DNA of 48,298 nt from a virus: IMG/VR virus record IMGVR_UViG_3300033565_000024; one strand, 5' to 3'. The notes under the pieces were generated by a model. That model saw nothing but the letters and a program-made list of their open reading frames with translations. It ran no database searches and was not told the DNA's origin. Of this stretch, positions 27,801-35,964 are shown piece after piece; the first letter of the stretch is position 1; every line of letters starts with the position of its first letter. The translations under genes were made by a program, and so were the position numbers.

Positions 27801-28434
27801 TGCAAAACAGCAGCTCGTGCAGCAGAACCTTGACATCCAGCAGAACATTACAGATAGCCTTGCCCAAACAAACGCACGTGATTTGGCTGGCAGGCTTGCC
27901 GATTCAATAACCGAAGCCTTTTACAACGGTACCGATGCTGCACTTGCCTGGGGAGCCGTCACAGATCAAGTTTTGGCTAATGCTGTTAAAAATGCGCTGA
28001 AATTGCAGTTACTTGAAAAACCCATGGGCGAAGCTGTTGCAAAGTTGGCCGGGGACATGCAGGATGGCATACTTTCGGAAACCGAACAAAAGGATTTTCG
28101 CGCGAAGATAGACAAGGCTGCGCAAGACTTTAACCTTGCTCTTTCAACCTATAAGGATTTGTTTGATACAGCCTCTACCCCATCAGCAAAAACCGGGTCC
28201 GATTTAACCGGGGCAATAAAGGGGATTCAGGAAGAAACTGCTGGGCTGATTGCCGGCCAGATGAACGCAATGCGGATGAACCAGGCTGAGGCGCTTGACA
28301 TTACCCGGAAAAGCCTGATGCACCTGGCGAATATCGATGCGAATACGTACAAGCTGCATGCAATTGAAAGTACGCTGGGGAAAATCGAAAGAAATACAAC
28401 ACCGAAAACTAACATTGGAACTATAGGAGGGTAA
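24838..28434 (+). CDS. Tape measure protein
   Basis: 1198 aa with long coiled-coil segments and internal hydrophobic helices. Canonical position. Confidence 0.9.
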   Translation: MDEINGALAFSSTLDNKDILRRIEEIKQKIKGTTEFAESESGRIDGTFKSIAAGMAGAFTFAAAAQFRQKLIDVRGEFQKFEAILANSLGSQREAAASMEMLSDVASKTPFQLDQLTGSYVKLVNQGFKPTREELIKLGDLASSTGKGFDQLVEAVLDAQTGQFERLKEFGIKASASGDQIAFSFKGVTTTVQNSGAAIRDYMLSLGDMQGVKGSMQAISKTLVGQVSNLEDAITAMFNKIGSQSEGFLSGSISATKYLVDNYTEIGKAVEMLVITYGAYKAAVVTTTVVESVAISMSKGWTASMALQFKWLQITTAAQNLLNKTMLANPYVLVATAIAGVVASLVIYGNKLTAAEKLEKQHLEIRQQYTETLDEEKAKTDALISTVNNESLSKKTRLKALQDLKQEADGYLDNLTIENSRTAEGARLLNEYNKAFERKIYLQANQEEKIKLIKEKRELEKQKNELQDQIDALDKQKNSPQLTQGSTLAPASSSDVADNAKSQAQNQRTKLLQQQTAIALQLSKLDKEEADLQAKTIETTKKAVKGYESVGDKIAEIDIKLKGLQKQRNDLNANDANSINAIDRQIDALNKQKQKLENSGKSSNATEKEDFSKLLEDKKSMYERYYLMLRTMGKSTANAEFKTLIDNGKTFEDYLKSSIDKIESKKDAISAKDKTRLSLLKTYYAEVLYEKSKAEIDFVNPKPSKTVKSNEGVKGIMNSFEMASNHEMQVIRQNSADIIEMGRNELRAFMSKVKTKIDLMKAEGKNVEELESIYARASASLKTINDRSSQMWADPSASFVKLTQSVKEFDNASTLAEQNSAAKDLLSSASSAAIELQNDLTGVIDIMYKLGALTGEQADSSVQALNSIMGISKAMVDVSLGIISGNIDQVIKGAISYISNVISLLDRKTTKIASRQREVTNEIDKMSKAYQSLGYYMKFALGTDAYKTQLEQYKINVAEMAKYDELINLERSKKRKKQNQDDIDSWNDAKQQLVQQNLDIQQNITDSLAQTNARDLAGRLADSITEAFYNGTDAALAWGAVTDQVLANAVKNALKLQLLEKPMGEAVAKLAGDMQDGILSETEQKDFRAKIDKAAQDFNLALSTYKDLFDTASTPSAKTGSDLTGAIKGIQEETAGLIAGQMNAMRMNQAEALDITRKSLMHLANIDANTYKLHAIESTLGKIERNTTPKTNIGTIGG

Positions 28435-28437
28435 AAT

Positions 28438-29175
28438 ATGTCAGTCTCATTGCCGAACTCATTCGCAAATTACCCGCAGCCAATAAAATACTTTATTGAT
28501 GGAATCAATATTTTCAGTCAATACGGGGTAGCTATATCTTCCAGCAGGGGAATAATAAGCGCCCCGGCAATTAAGCAACCTTTCGTGCAAAGTTGGGAAT
28601 CAGCGCATGGGGAGGCAGTTGACACATCAAAGATATTTTATGAAGCAAAGGAATTCAGCCTTGATTGCTGGATGCTGGCAACATCAAACATTCAGTTGTC
28701 GGAAAAGCTCAACACCTTATTTCAGTTCTTGAGCCGTCCTGGTTTACGCAGGATAATGCTATTTCTGGATAACGATAAACCGCTTATCTATCAGGTGTAT
28801 GTTAAAGGAGGGATTGAAGTTACAAAGAAATGGAAAGTCGATCAGCTTGTTCATGCTGATTTTACACTAACATTCAGAGAGCCAGAACCTCTTAAATTGG
28901 TGCTCAAAGGATTTGTTGAAGATTCTGCAACTGTGGGAATAACATTTTCCAGCACTAAACCAGTATCAATCAGATGGGGGTATGCTTACAGTAGTCTAAA
29001 TGTAGTCAATGGAGCTTTTCCTGACCAGATAGATGTAATTGGTGATCAAAGCCTATTTGCTCAAACATGGATAACAGATGCATCGTATGTGTTCCCGGTA
29101 ATAACGGGTGACATTGATTCAATTTCAGATTTACAACTGACAGGACTGACATTGTTATGGAACAAATTACTGTAA
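28438..29175 (+). CDS. Distal tail protein (Dit-like)
   Basis: 245 aa, immediately after the tape measure gene. Confidence 0.55.
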   Translation: MSVSLPNSFANYPQPIKYFIDGINIFSQYGVAISSSRGIISAPAIKQPFVQSWESAHGEAVDTSKIFYEAKEFSLDCWMLATSNIQLSEKLNTLFQFLSRPGLRRIMLFLDNDKPLIYQVYVKGGIEVTKKWKVDQLVHADFTLTFREPEPLKLVLKGFVEDSATVGITFSSTKPVSIRWGYAYSSLNVVNGAFPDQIDVIGDQSLFAQTWITDASYVFPVITGDIDSISDLQLTGLTLLWNKLL

Positions 29176-30488
29176 TAAAACCAGATGCATCTACCTACAC
29201 GGTAGGGTCTTCATTGCCGGCGGTGGTTATTCTTAAAGCAGAACAGAGCACAACTCTGATGGGGGAGGACAATGTAAGCCTTGATATTGAAAGCGCTATT
29301 AGCCTTTCATTTGAAATCGGAGACAGCATCATTGTTTACGGCAGGAAATATACTTTGTTTGAAATTCCTGAAGTAGAAAAGATCAGCGACAACAGGTTTA
29401 GATATAGCCTTCAATTCAAGGGTGCAATTCACGAACTGCAATTCAAACTTTTTAAGCTTGATGGCTCGACAGGATCATCTGGCATTGGCGATTTTTCATT
29501 GATGGGAAACCTTGACAGGTTTGCAGGGCTTGTTATTGATAACATGGATTCTGCAGCTTCGGCCTGGGTAAAAGGTAATATCATGGAAACAGGTGTAAAA
29601 AACCTTACTTTCTCAAATGAAAGCTGTCAAACTGTGATATCAAAATTGTGTGATGAGTTTTCAGTGGAGTTCAACATCCAGTATGTTGCCGGGCAATTTG
29701 TTTTAAACATGGATTCGAAAATTACCCGCGACCTTCCCGATACGCTCAAATATGGAAAAGGATCCGGGCTAACTTCGATCAAAAGAAAATACATCCCAGA
29801 TGAAAATTTTGTAACTCTGCTTTACGGGTTTGGTAGTACAAGAAACCTGCCGGCGGGGTACCGCAATTACAGCACAAGGCTTAAAATGCCGGCAATACTC
29901 CCATCTGACTTTGAGCCGCCAACAGCACCTCAGAATCCGTCTATCAGCTATATCAGCGGGTCAACATTCAGACTATCGTGGGAGGCAAGCACCGACAATG
30001 TAGGAGTTGTTAGCTATCAGGTGTATAGTTCTAATAACGGTGCTGCATTTACCTTGCTTGATACCGTTGCCGGACTTTACAAGGATATTTATTACCCAAA
30101 CGGAAGCCAGTTCAGATTCAAAGTTTATGCGCTGGATGCAGCAGGTAACAGAAGCCGTGCAAGCAATACTGTTTATCTATCATCCTCTTCAACGGACATT
30201 GATCCACCGATTCTCACATCGCTTACACAGTTGTTGCCGGGACTGCGTGTAAACTTCATCAAGCCAGTTAAGGACTATGATAACATCGAGATATACAGGC
30301 ATACAGGTGATCTTGGGAGCGGGCAAGGCTATGATCTTATTGCAACGATTAACAACTCGGTCGATTATTACTCAGACACCGATGTAACTGTAGGAGAAAG
30401 ATACTTTTACTATGCACGCAGCAAGCGATCAGGCTACTTGTATTCCGTATTTTCAAACAATTTAGATGCAACTGTAATAATCGACTGA
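29157..30488 (+). CDS. Tail-associated / baseplate hub protein with fibronectin type III domains
   Basis: PTAPQNPSISYISGSTFRLSWEASTDNVGVVSYQVY...FRFKVYALDAAGNRS (FN3), then a second FN3-like repeat. Confidence 0.6.
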   Translation: MEQITVIKPDASTYTVGSSLPAVVILKAEQSTTLMGEDNVSLDIESAISLSFEIGDSIIVYGRKYTLFEIPEVEKISDNRFRYSLQFKGAIHELQFKLFKLDGSTGSSGIGDFSLMGNLDRFAGLVIDNMDSAASAWVKGNIMETGVKNLTFSNESCQTVISKLCDEFSVEFNIQYVAGQFVLNMDSKITRDLPDTLKYGKGSGLTSIKRKYIPDENFVTLLYGFGSTRNLPAGYRNYSTRLKMPAILPSDFEPPTAPQNPSISYISGSTFRLSWEASTDNVGVVSYQVYSSNNGAAFTLLDTVAGLYKDIYYPNGSQFRFKVYALDAAGNRSRASNTVYLSSSSTDIDPPILTSLTQLLPGLRVNFIKPVKDYDNIEIYRHTGDLGSGQGYDLIATINNSVDYYSDTDVTVGERYFYYARSKRSGYLYSVFSNNLDATVIID

Positions 30489-30489
30489 T

Positions 30490-31317
30490 ATGACAACTTA
30501 TAACTACAACGGTGACTTATCATTCCTGCAGAAAATTGCAGAAGCGGAATCTTACGGTACCCGGGAAGGTGTTAAGATATTTGAGGACATATATCCGACA
30601 TGGTCCGGTGTAGCTTCCATCATTGGCGCTACTGATATTTTTACCTTTTTCGACAACTCTATCGAATTTGACATAAATGACCATTTGGTTGCCGGAACTA
30701 CTCCGAAAATTCACTTTCAGACAGGTAACCTGGCCGGGTACGAATTCAACCTGAAAAGATTTGATGCGGGTAACGGAAAGTTTGTAATATCTCCGGCAAT
30801 GAATAGTGATAATTTCGAGATACCAAATTCAAACAATGCTTTTAAAATTGCAGAGGGGGACACGTTTGTCATCCTTGATATTACATTACCGCAATCCTAC
30901 ATCGACTTTGCAGAGCGCAAATTGTTCCAAGCCGTAAAGGAGCAACTTGATAAGAACTGCCTGCCCACCATATTACTTGAAGCTGAATTAGACAGGATAT
31001 ATCTTAAAAACAATCCTGTTTCACGGGATATTATTTTTGAGGTTGGGGACACGCTGAAAATAGTTGATCAGGATTTAATCGGAGGCGAAATGGAACTTCG
31101 CATACTTGCAATAAAAAGAGATGTATTCAACCCTGAAAAGATCAGCCTTACATTTGCAAATAATTCCTTTAGCAGTGCAATCACAAATATTTCAAAACGA
31201 TCAAGGCAATCTGCAGCTATTATTAACAATACTGTTTTCAGCGATCCGGCCGGGAGAAGGATAGCAAATCAAAAGCTTAAATCTAATATTCTTGACGGAG
31301 GGCAGCTCTATGGATAA
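30490..31317 (+). CDS. Putative baseplate / tail fiber-associated protein
   Basis: 275 aa. Assigned by position. Confidence 0.4.
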   Translation: MTTYNYNGDLSFLQKIAEAESYGTREGVKIFEDIYPTWSGVASIIGATDIFTFFDNSIEFDINDHLVAGTTPKIHFQTGNLAGYEFNLKRFDAGNGKFVISPAMNSDNFEIPNSNNAFKIAEGDTFVILDITLPQSYIDFAERKLFQAVKEQLDKNCLPTILLEAELDRIYLKNNPVSRDIIFEVGDTLKIVDQDLIGGEMELRILAIKRDVFNPEKISLTFANNSFSSAITNISKRSRQSAAIINNTVFSDPAGRRIANQKLKSNILDGGQLYG

Positions 31318-32587
31318 AATAAAACTCAGAGGCGAAACCGAAGCAAACTGGATTCTTTATGATCCTATTCTTGCTGAGAGGGAAACTGTTCTCACTCTCA
31401 ATGCTCAGGGTGTACCTACAGGCATAAAGGCCGGGGACGGTGTGCATAAGTGGAGTGAACTTGCTTATTTAGGGGGATTCTCGAACGCTGAGAGCGATCC
31501 TATTTTTACTGCATGGCTATCTGAATTTGTAGAGACATCACAAGTAAATGCTGACTGGAATGCAACAAGCGGCAAGGCGCTGATACTAAATAAACCTGTT
31601 ATTCCTCCGGCAGGCGCTCAACCAGTCGGTAACGATGGAACATTGCAATTTAAGAGCGGAACAAACCTGGAAGCGGATAACGGACTGATTTGGGACAATT
31701 CGTTAAAAAGTTTGGGTGTTGGAGTTGGACACCCGTTCACCCCATTTGCAGCCTTACATGTTGGAAGCTCCGATTCTGGGAAGTCGGCATATATATCGGC
31801 AACAAGGGGAAGCGAAATATTACCGGCTTTAGTAGCTGGTAGCTGGGCAACTGGAAGTGGATGGTCGTTTCTCACAGGTCCTGAAAGAATTGTTAAAACA
31901 GCTGGCAGCAGCAGTGATTTGACGGCCAACACAGGTACAATAGCTGCAAAAAATCTTTACCTGGTAATATTGACTATTAATTCTACTGTTGCAAATGATA
32001 CGATTAAGATAAATTTGGGGGGCCAGAATGCGTTTTTAAAATTACCGAATGGGCAATTAACCTTTATGATGTATATCAAAACGATCAGCACCACTAAGTT
32101 AAAGATTGTACCAAATAGCGTGTCTGCATTTACTATTTCGCTGGCCTCAGTAACACAACTTACGACTGGTGGACAACTAAGCACAGAAAAAGAAATCATC
32201 ACAACAGCAATCGGCAGCCTATTTGGCACATCTGACCTTATTAAGCTGCAACAAAAAAATGTAATAATTGGAGATTTGCTGGCCAATCAGTTTGCGGGCG
32301 CTCTGCTAAGCCTGGGTGGTGCATTTTTTACAGAGTTTAATACCCTGGACGGGTTATGGGCAATTAAAACTACCGGAGATATCGGCTTAAGAAACCTGGT
32401 CGTTAGCGGCAGTTCTGAAATTGTTCGAGGTAACTATCGTTACGATTCGCAAAATTTTGGAGTTGATACGACGGGTGATTGGCGTACATATTCTGATGCC
32501 AACGGGTTTTATACTCAATATTGCACCGCTGGATCATCCACAAAAGGTGGCGGTACATGGGTTACCAAACAAACAATATTTGTTTAG
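31310..32587 (+). CDS. Tail fiber protein
   Basis: MDKIKLRGETEANW N-terminus, typical of fiber proteins. Gly/Ser/Thr-rich body. Start set at ATG 31310. Confidence 0.55.
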   Translation: MDKIKLRGETEANWILYDPILAERETVLTLNAQGVPTGIKAGDGVHKWSELAYLGGFSNAESDPIFTAWLSEFVETSQVNADWNATSGKALILNKPVIPPAGAQPVGNDGTLQFKSGTNLEADNGLIWDNSLKSLGVGVGHPFTPFAALHVGSSDSGKSAYISATRGSEILPALVAGSWATGSGWSFLTGPERIVKTAGSSSDLTANTGTIAAKNLYLVILTINSTVANDTIKINLGGQNAFLKLPNGQLTFMMYIKTISTTKLKIVPNSVSAFTISLASVTQLTTGGQLSTEKEIITTAIGSLFGTSDLIKLQQKNVIIGDLLANQFAGALLSLGGAFFTEFNTLDGLWAIKTTGDIGLRNLVVSGSSEIVRGNYRYDSQNFGVDTTGDWRTYSDANGFYTQYCTAGSSTKGGGTWVTKQTIFV

Positions 32588-32610
32588 TCAAATATTTTTT
32601 AACACTCAAA

Positions 32611-32642
32611 TAGTCTTTTAGACAATTTTGTAATTAACTTTA
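32611..32642 (+). promoter_or_regulatory. Palindrome TAGTCTTTTAGACAA + 9 bp + TAACTTTA (7/8 -7 box)
   Basis: 32611-32625 and 32635-32642. The upstream ttttttaacact is shared with the 14346 copy. Confidence 0.5.
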
Positions 32643-32663
32643 CATCAAATTAAAACAAGCAAC

Positions 32664-32771
32664 ATGATCGACTTGAATTTCACACTTATCATTGCCGGGA
32701 TGGTAGTTGTAATACTGCTGGCAAATTCAGGAAATAACATTGGCTTGATCAAAAAAATGTTACATAAATGA
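32664..32771 (+). CDS. Possible 35-aa single-TM peptide
   Basis: Hand-translated MIDLNFTLIIAGMVVVILLANSGNNIGLIKKMLHK. ATGA overlap with the next gene. Confidence 0.35.
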   Translation: MIDLNFTLIIAGMVVVILLANSGNNIGLIKKMLHK

Positions 32772-33124
32772 GAAAGCTGTTTGTAATTATATTATTTGTT
32801 CCCCTGTTAAGCTTCACTCAAACATTCTGGGGAAAATATGAATATGTTGCAACGCTTCATGCTCACGATAATGACAATGGAGGTAGTGAGTTATACTGGA
32901 CCATTACAGCCGGAAATGCAGATAAAACTTTCATCATTACCCCCTGCTCCGGCCAGCTCAAAGCAGATACAAATATTTACAGCTCATTCCAGCGATCAAA
33001 AACTATTTACCTGACTTGCCGGGCAACAGATCAGGGCGGTTTGTATTCTGTCCAGAAAGTAAAGGTCATTTTAACAAAAACCAATAACAGGCGAAATCCT
33101 GCCCAATGCTATGCTGTACAATGA
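32768..33124 (+). CDS. Secreted cadherin-like / Ig-like domain protein
   Basis: Signal peptide MRKLFVIILFVPLLSFTQ. HDNDNGGSELYWTITAGNADKTF...CRATDQGGLYSVQKVKVIL resembles a cadherin repeat. Confidence 0.5.
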   Translation: MRKLFVIILFVPLLSFTQTFWGKYEYVATLHAHDNDNGGSELYWTITAGNADKTFIITPCSGQLKADTNIYSSFQRSKTIYLTCRATDQGGLYSVQKVKVILTKTNNRRNPAQCYAVQ

Positions 33125-33605
33125 CACGAGTAATGTTAAAGACGTGATAGAAGCTCTTCCCAAAATTGAGCGATTTGTACGGTACTATGCCGGTACAAAC
33201 TATTCATCCGACATCATGTCTGAAATCAAGGTCAAAGCATTAGAGTTGGGTTTTGAACAAAGAGGGGTAAAGATTGAAAGTTGGCTCATTGAAATTGCAA
33301 AAAACGTCTGCAAATGTCAATTTAAGAAGCAAAAAAGAAACCCGGTAGCAGAATATGTACCGGATGATATCGGTATCGAATTTCAGCCTTGCCTGCTTGA
33401 AGAAAAGGAAATGATTAGAATTATTAAATCACTACCTACAACTCAAAATAAAGTTCTTTTATTAACCATTGCCGGATACAAGTGCCGGGAAATAGCGAAG
33501 AAACTAAACCACAAACCAGAATCTGTTAAATCAAAATTGTGGATCGCAAGAAATACCCTTAAAAACAAACTGAAAGCCCAGGATGCTCAATTACTTGTCT
33601 GCTAA
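33111..33605 (+). CDS. Sigma-70 family (ECF-like) RNA polymerase sigma factor
   Basis: Region-2-like ESWLIEIAKNVCKCQFKK. Region 4 HTH LLLTIAGYKCREIAKKLNHKPESVKSKLWIARNTLKNKL. Confidence 0.6.
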   Translation: MLYNDTSNVKDVIEALPKIERFVRYYAGTNYSSDIMSEIKVKALELGFEQRGVKIESWLIEIAKNVCKCQFKKQKRNPVAEYVPDDIGIEFQPCLLEEKEMIRIIKSLPTTQNKVLLLTIAGYKCREIAKKLNHKPESVKSKLWIARNTLKNKLKAQDAQLLVC

Positions 33606-33633
33606 TAACCTTGTATGCTCCCTGGGCTTTTTT
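33573..33633 (+). terminator. Long-range hairpin aaagcccagg/cctgggcttt + T6 spanning the sigma gene stop
   Basis: 10-bp stem 33573-33582 / 33621-33630, 38-nt loop, tttttt. Confidence 0.4.
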
Positions 33634-33645
33634 AACTTGTAAGCT

Positions 33646-33900
33646 ATGAAAACTGTCAAAATCCTGCTTAAAAGATTCAAGGCCGAAACCCCGGCCATCC
33701 TAAAAAAGACAAGAAATGCTTGTCTGGCCGTATCTGCCTTTTGCGCAAGCTTAACGGGTACGCTGATTGCTTCAGGGAAGTATGAAAAGCTGTCAACGAT
33801 CTTAATGATAATTGGAGGTGTGACTACCGCACTGGCAGCTGGTATTGCAGTAGGGCTTCAATTATCGACTTCGGATACCGGTGTACAACAATTAAACTAA
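33646..33900 (+). CDS. Small two-TM membrane protein (holin-like)
   Basis: 84 aa with two hydrophobic helices. Heads the lysis block. Confidence 0.45.
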   Translation: MKTVKILLKRFKAETPAILKKTRNACLAVSAFCASLTGTLIASGKYEKLSTILMIIGGVTTALAAGIAVGLQLSTSDTGVQQLN

Positions 33901-33906
33901 GTGTGT

Positions 33907-34362
33907 ATGCCGCAGCGTGTTTTAATTATAGCCAACTGGTTTACAACTCACATTTGGAATGTTGTATGCGGGATTTTCTTTGCATTCATAAGTTACTTCG
34001 CTGAAATGAAAGGTGCTTTTCATGTGATGTTTGCCGCTTTCATGGTTGATCTGATTCTTGGCATAATGGCCTCTAAAATTGTGAGGAATGAAAAGTTTTC
34101 AATGCATAAGTTCTTTGTTGCCTGGTATAGGATGCTGATATCATATGCGCTGGTAATGCTGCTTTATGCAATGAATAAGGAAATGCACCAGGATACCGTA
34201 AGCATTGAAAATATTGTCAGTTGGACAATAACCGGATTCTTGATTTACAGTGCGGCAGAAAACGGATATGAATTGACCGGTGGCCGGATACTTCTGAACA
34301 TAAAATCTATGATCAGGAATAAGGTTCAGGAAAATACGGGAATTGACCTCGATAAAGATTAG
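33907..34362 (+). CDS. Holin-family membrane protein
   Basis: Multiple TM helices. FMVDLILGIMASKIVRNEKFSMHKF resembles the phage holin 4 family. ATG 33907 preferred over GTG 33901. Confidence 0.55.
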   Translation: MPQRVLIIANWFTTHIWNVVCGIFFAFISYFAEMKGAFHVMFAAFMVDLILGIMASKIVRNEKFSMHKFFVAWYRMLISYALVMLLYAMNKEMHQDTVSIENIVSWTITGFLIYSAAENGYELTGGRILLNIKSMIRNKVQENTGIDLDKD

Positions 34363-34364
34363 CC

Positions 34365-34871
34365 ATGACAGCAAAAAACTATTATCCAAATCTGCCTGAA
34401 TTACCGTACAAAAGAACGGTTGTTTCGATGGATGCAATCGTGAAATATGCGAATTCAAACCGGGCTTACAGCACTGAGGTTAAAAGAATGGCATACATGA
34501 TGTTTCGCAATGAAAGCGCAAACGGCACAAAGGGAGTGAATAATAATTATGCCGGAATTCAGGCTGATTGCGGGGTGTGGTCTGGACTGAAGGGTGCTAT
34601 AGGTACATGCGTTCGGGTTGATTCTGGAAATGCACTAAGAAGGTTCATTTGCTTTAAAGACGAAACCGGACATCAGGATACTTTTGACTTCCTGTGTTTT
34701 AAAATCAGGCAGCGCGGCATGTTTATCGGGGCCCCGGATGTTAATAACATAAATGGATTAGTAGCTATCTACCTTCAAAAGTGGGTAGGTAGAATAAATT
34801 ATATTCCAACCACACAAGAACTGACCAACTGGACGAGTTTTTATAATTCTGCTAAAAAATACATTATATGA
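34365..34871 (+). CDS. Putative endolysin (lytic-transglycosylase-like motifs)
   Basis: Position after the holins. FRNES...NNNYAGIQAD is reminiscent of the E-S...G-L-M-Q motifs of the SLT fold. Weak. Confidence 0.35.
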   Translation: MTAKNYYPNLPELPYKRTVVSMDAIVKYANSNRAYSTEVKRMAYMMFRNESANGTKGVNNNYAGIQADCGVWSGLKGAIGTCVRVDSGNALRRFICFKDETGHQDTFDFLCFKIRQRGMFIGAPDVNNINGLVAIYLQKWVGRINYIPTTQELTNWTSFYNSAKKYII

Positions 34872-35602
34872 ATGTTATGAATATCTTGAACAGACTTCCA
34901 AACAAAAAAGAAACGCTTGTGCTTACGGTCATTGTAATATTGGCCGCTTTACTACTATTTGTTTCGCAATGCTCTCGAACAAAACAGGAAGTCGCAACTA
35001 ATAATGATCAAATCGCCCAAAATAGGATTGAAGCACTTCAAGACAACATTGCGCTTCTTGAAAAAAGGGAAATTGCCTATGTCGCTGCACAGGATAGTAT
35101 GAGTAGAATCAACGCAGCTCTAAACAGGCTGATCGCTCAAAAGGATGCAAAGTACGCTCATATCGCCTCTATTGCAGCCGAAGAAAAAAACAGGGTCAGG
35201 GAATTACCAGATGACAGTGCAGCAGGCTTGTTCCTGGACCGGGCTGATTGTTCAGAATTTCCGGTACTGGCTTATGATTCAAATTACATTATTCCTATTG
35301 AGCCAATCAGGTTTTATAATTTAATGGCTGTTGATTTTGATGAGCTAAAAGCGATACATCATAATTTACAGGACCAATACTCAATCCGGGTGCTTCAAGT
35401 AAGAAACCTTAACGGAATTATTGATAAGCAGAGCCAGCGCATTGATAATTTGAGCGAAGCGATTAACGAAAAAGACGGCATAATAATTCAAAAGGACAAG
35501 CAGATAGTTAGCGGAAAGAAGTTGTTAAAGCAGCAAAAAATAAAAACATTCACAGCTGGGGCCGCTGGCATATTGCTTTGCGCTGCTGGTATTTTGTTGT
35601 AA
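34868..35602 (+). CDS. Membrane-anchored coiled-coil protein (spanin-like)
   Basis: N-terminal TM LVLTVIVILAALLLFV, coiled-coil body, C-terminal TM AGAAGILLCAAGILL. Confidence 0.35.
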   Translation: MNVMNILNRLPNKKETLVLTVIVILAALLLFVSQCSRTKQEVATNNDQIAQNRIEALQDNIALLEKREIAYVAAQDSMSRINAALNRLIAQKDAKYAHIASIAAEEKNRVRELPDDSAAGLFLDRADCSEFPVLAYDSNYIIPIEPIRFYNLMAVDFDELKAIHHNLQDQYSIRVLQVRNLNGIIDKQSQRIDNLSEAINEKDGIIIQKDKQIVSGKKLLKQQKIKTFTAGAAGILLCAAGILL

Positions 35603-35615
35603 TTTTTAGCCCAAT

Positions 35616-35647
35616 AGACTAATCGGATAATAAATGAGTTAATTTTG
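35616..35647 (+). promoter_or_regulatory. Degenerate palindrome (right half TCGGATAA) + 9 bp + TAATTTTG
   Basis: -7 box 35640-35647. Only the right half-site is conserved. Confidence 0.4.
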
Positions 35648-35669
35648 TATCAAAATAACACTTAAAGCT

Positions 35670-35954
35670 ATGTCAGACAGCATTCAAATGATATCAGGGG
35701 CTTATGGAAATAGGCCTATTACATCAGGAGCAGGTGTAAAGACTTTCACGAAACCAGCATACGGTTGCAGGTTCACCGAAAATACAGTTATTACAGCATT
35801 CAAAGATGATGCAGGTAAAACAGTCGACATTGGTTGGGCTGGTGTATCGATAACTCCTGACGATGGACTGATTCTATTTGGGACACAGATAAAATCAATT
35901 ACCGTTACTCAGGGCGGCAAAGGATGTTACTATTTGTGCGATTCAGACCTTTAA
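35670..35954 (+). CDS. Hypothetical protein
   Basis: 94-aa ORF preceding the esterase fiber gene. Confidence 0.5.
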   Translation: MSDSIQMISGAYGNRPITSGAGVKTFTKPAYGCRFTENTVITAFKDDAGKTVDIGWAGVSITPDDGLILFGTQIKSITVTQGGKGCYYLCDSDL

Positions 35955-35964
35955 TATTACCGTC

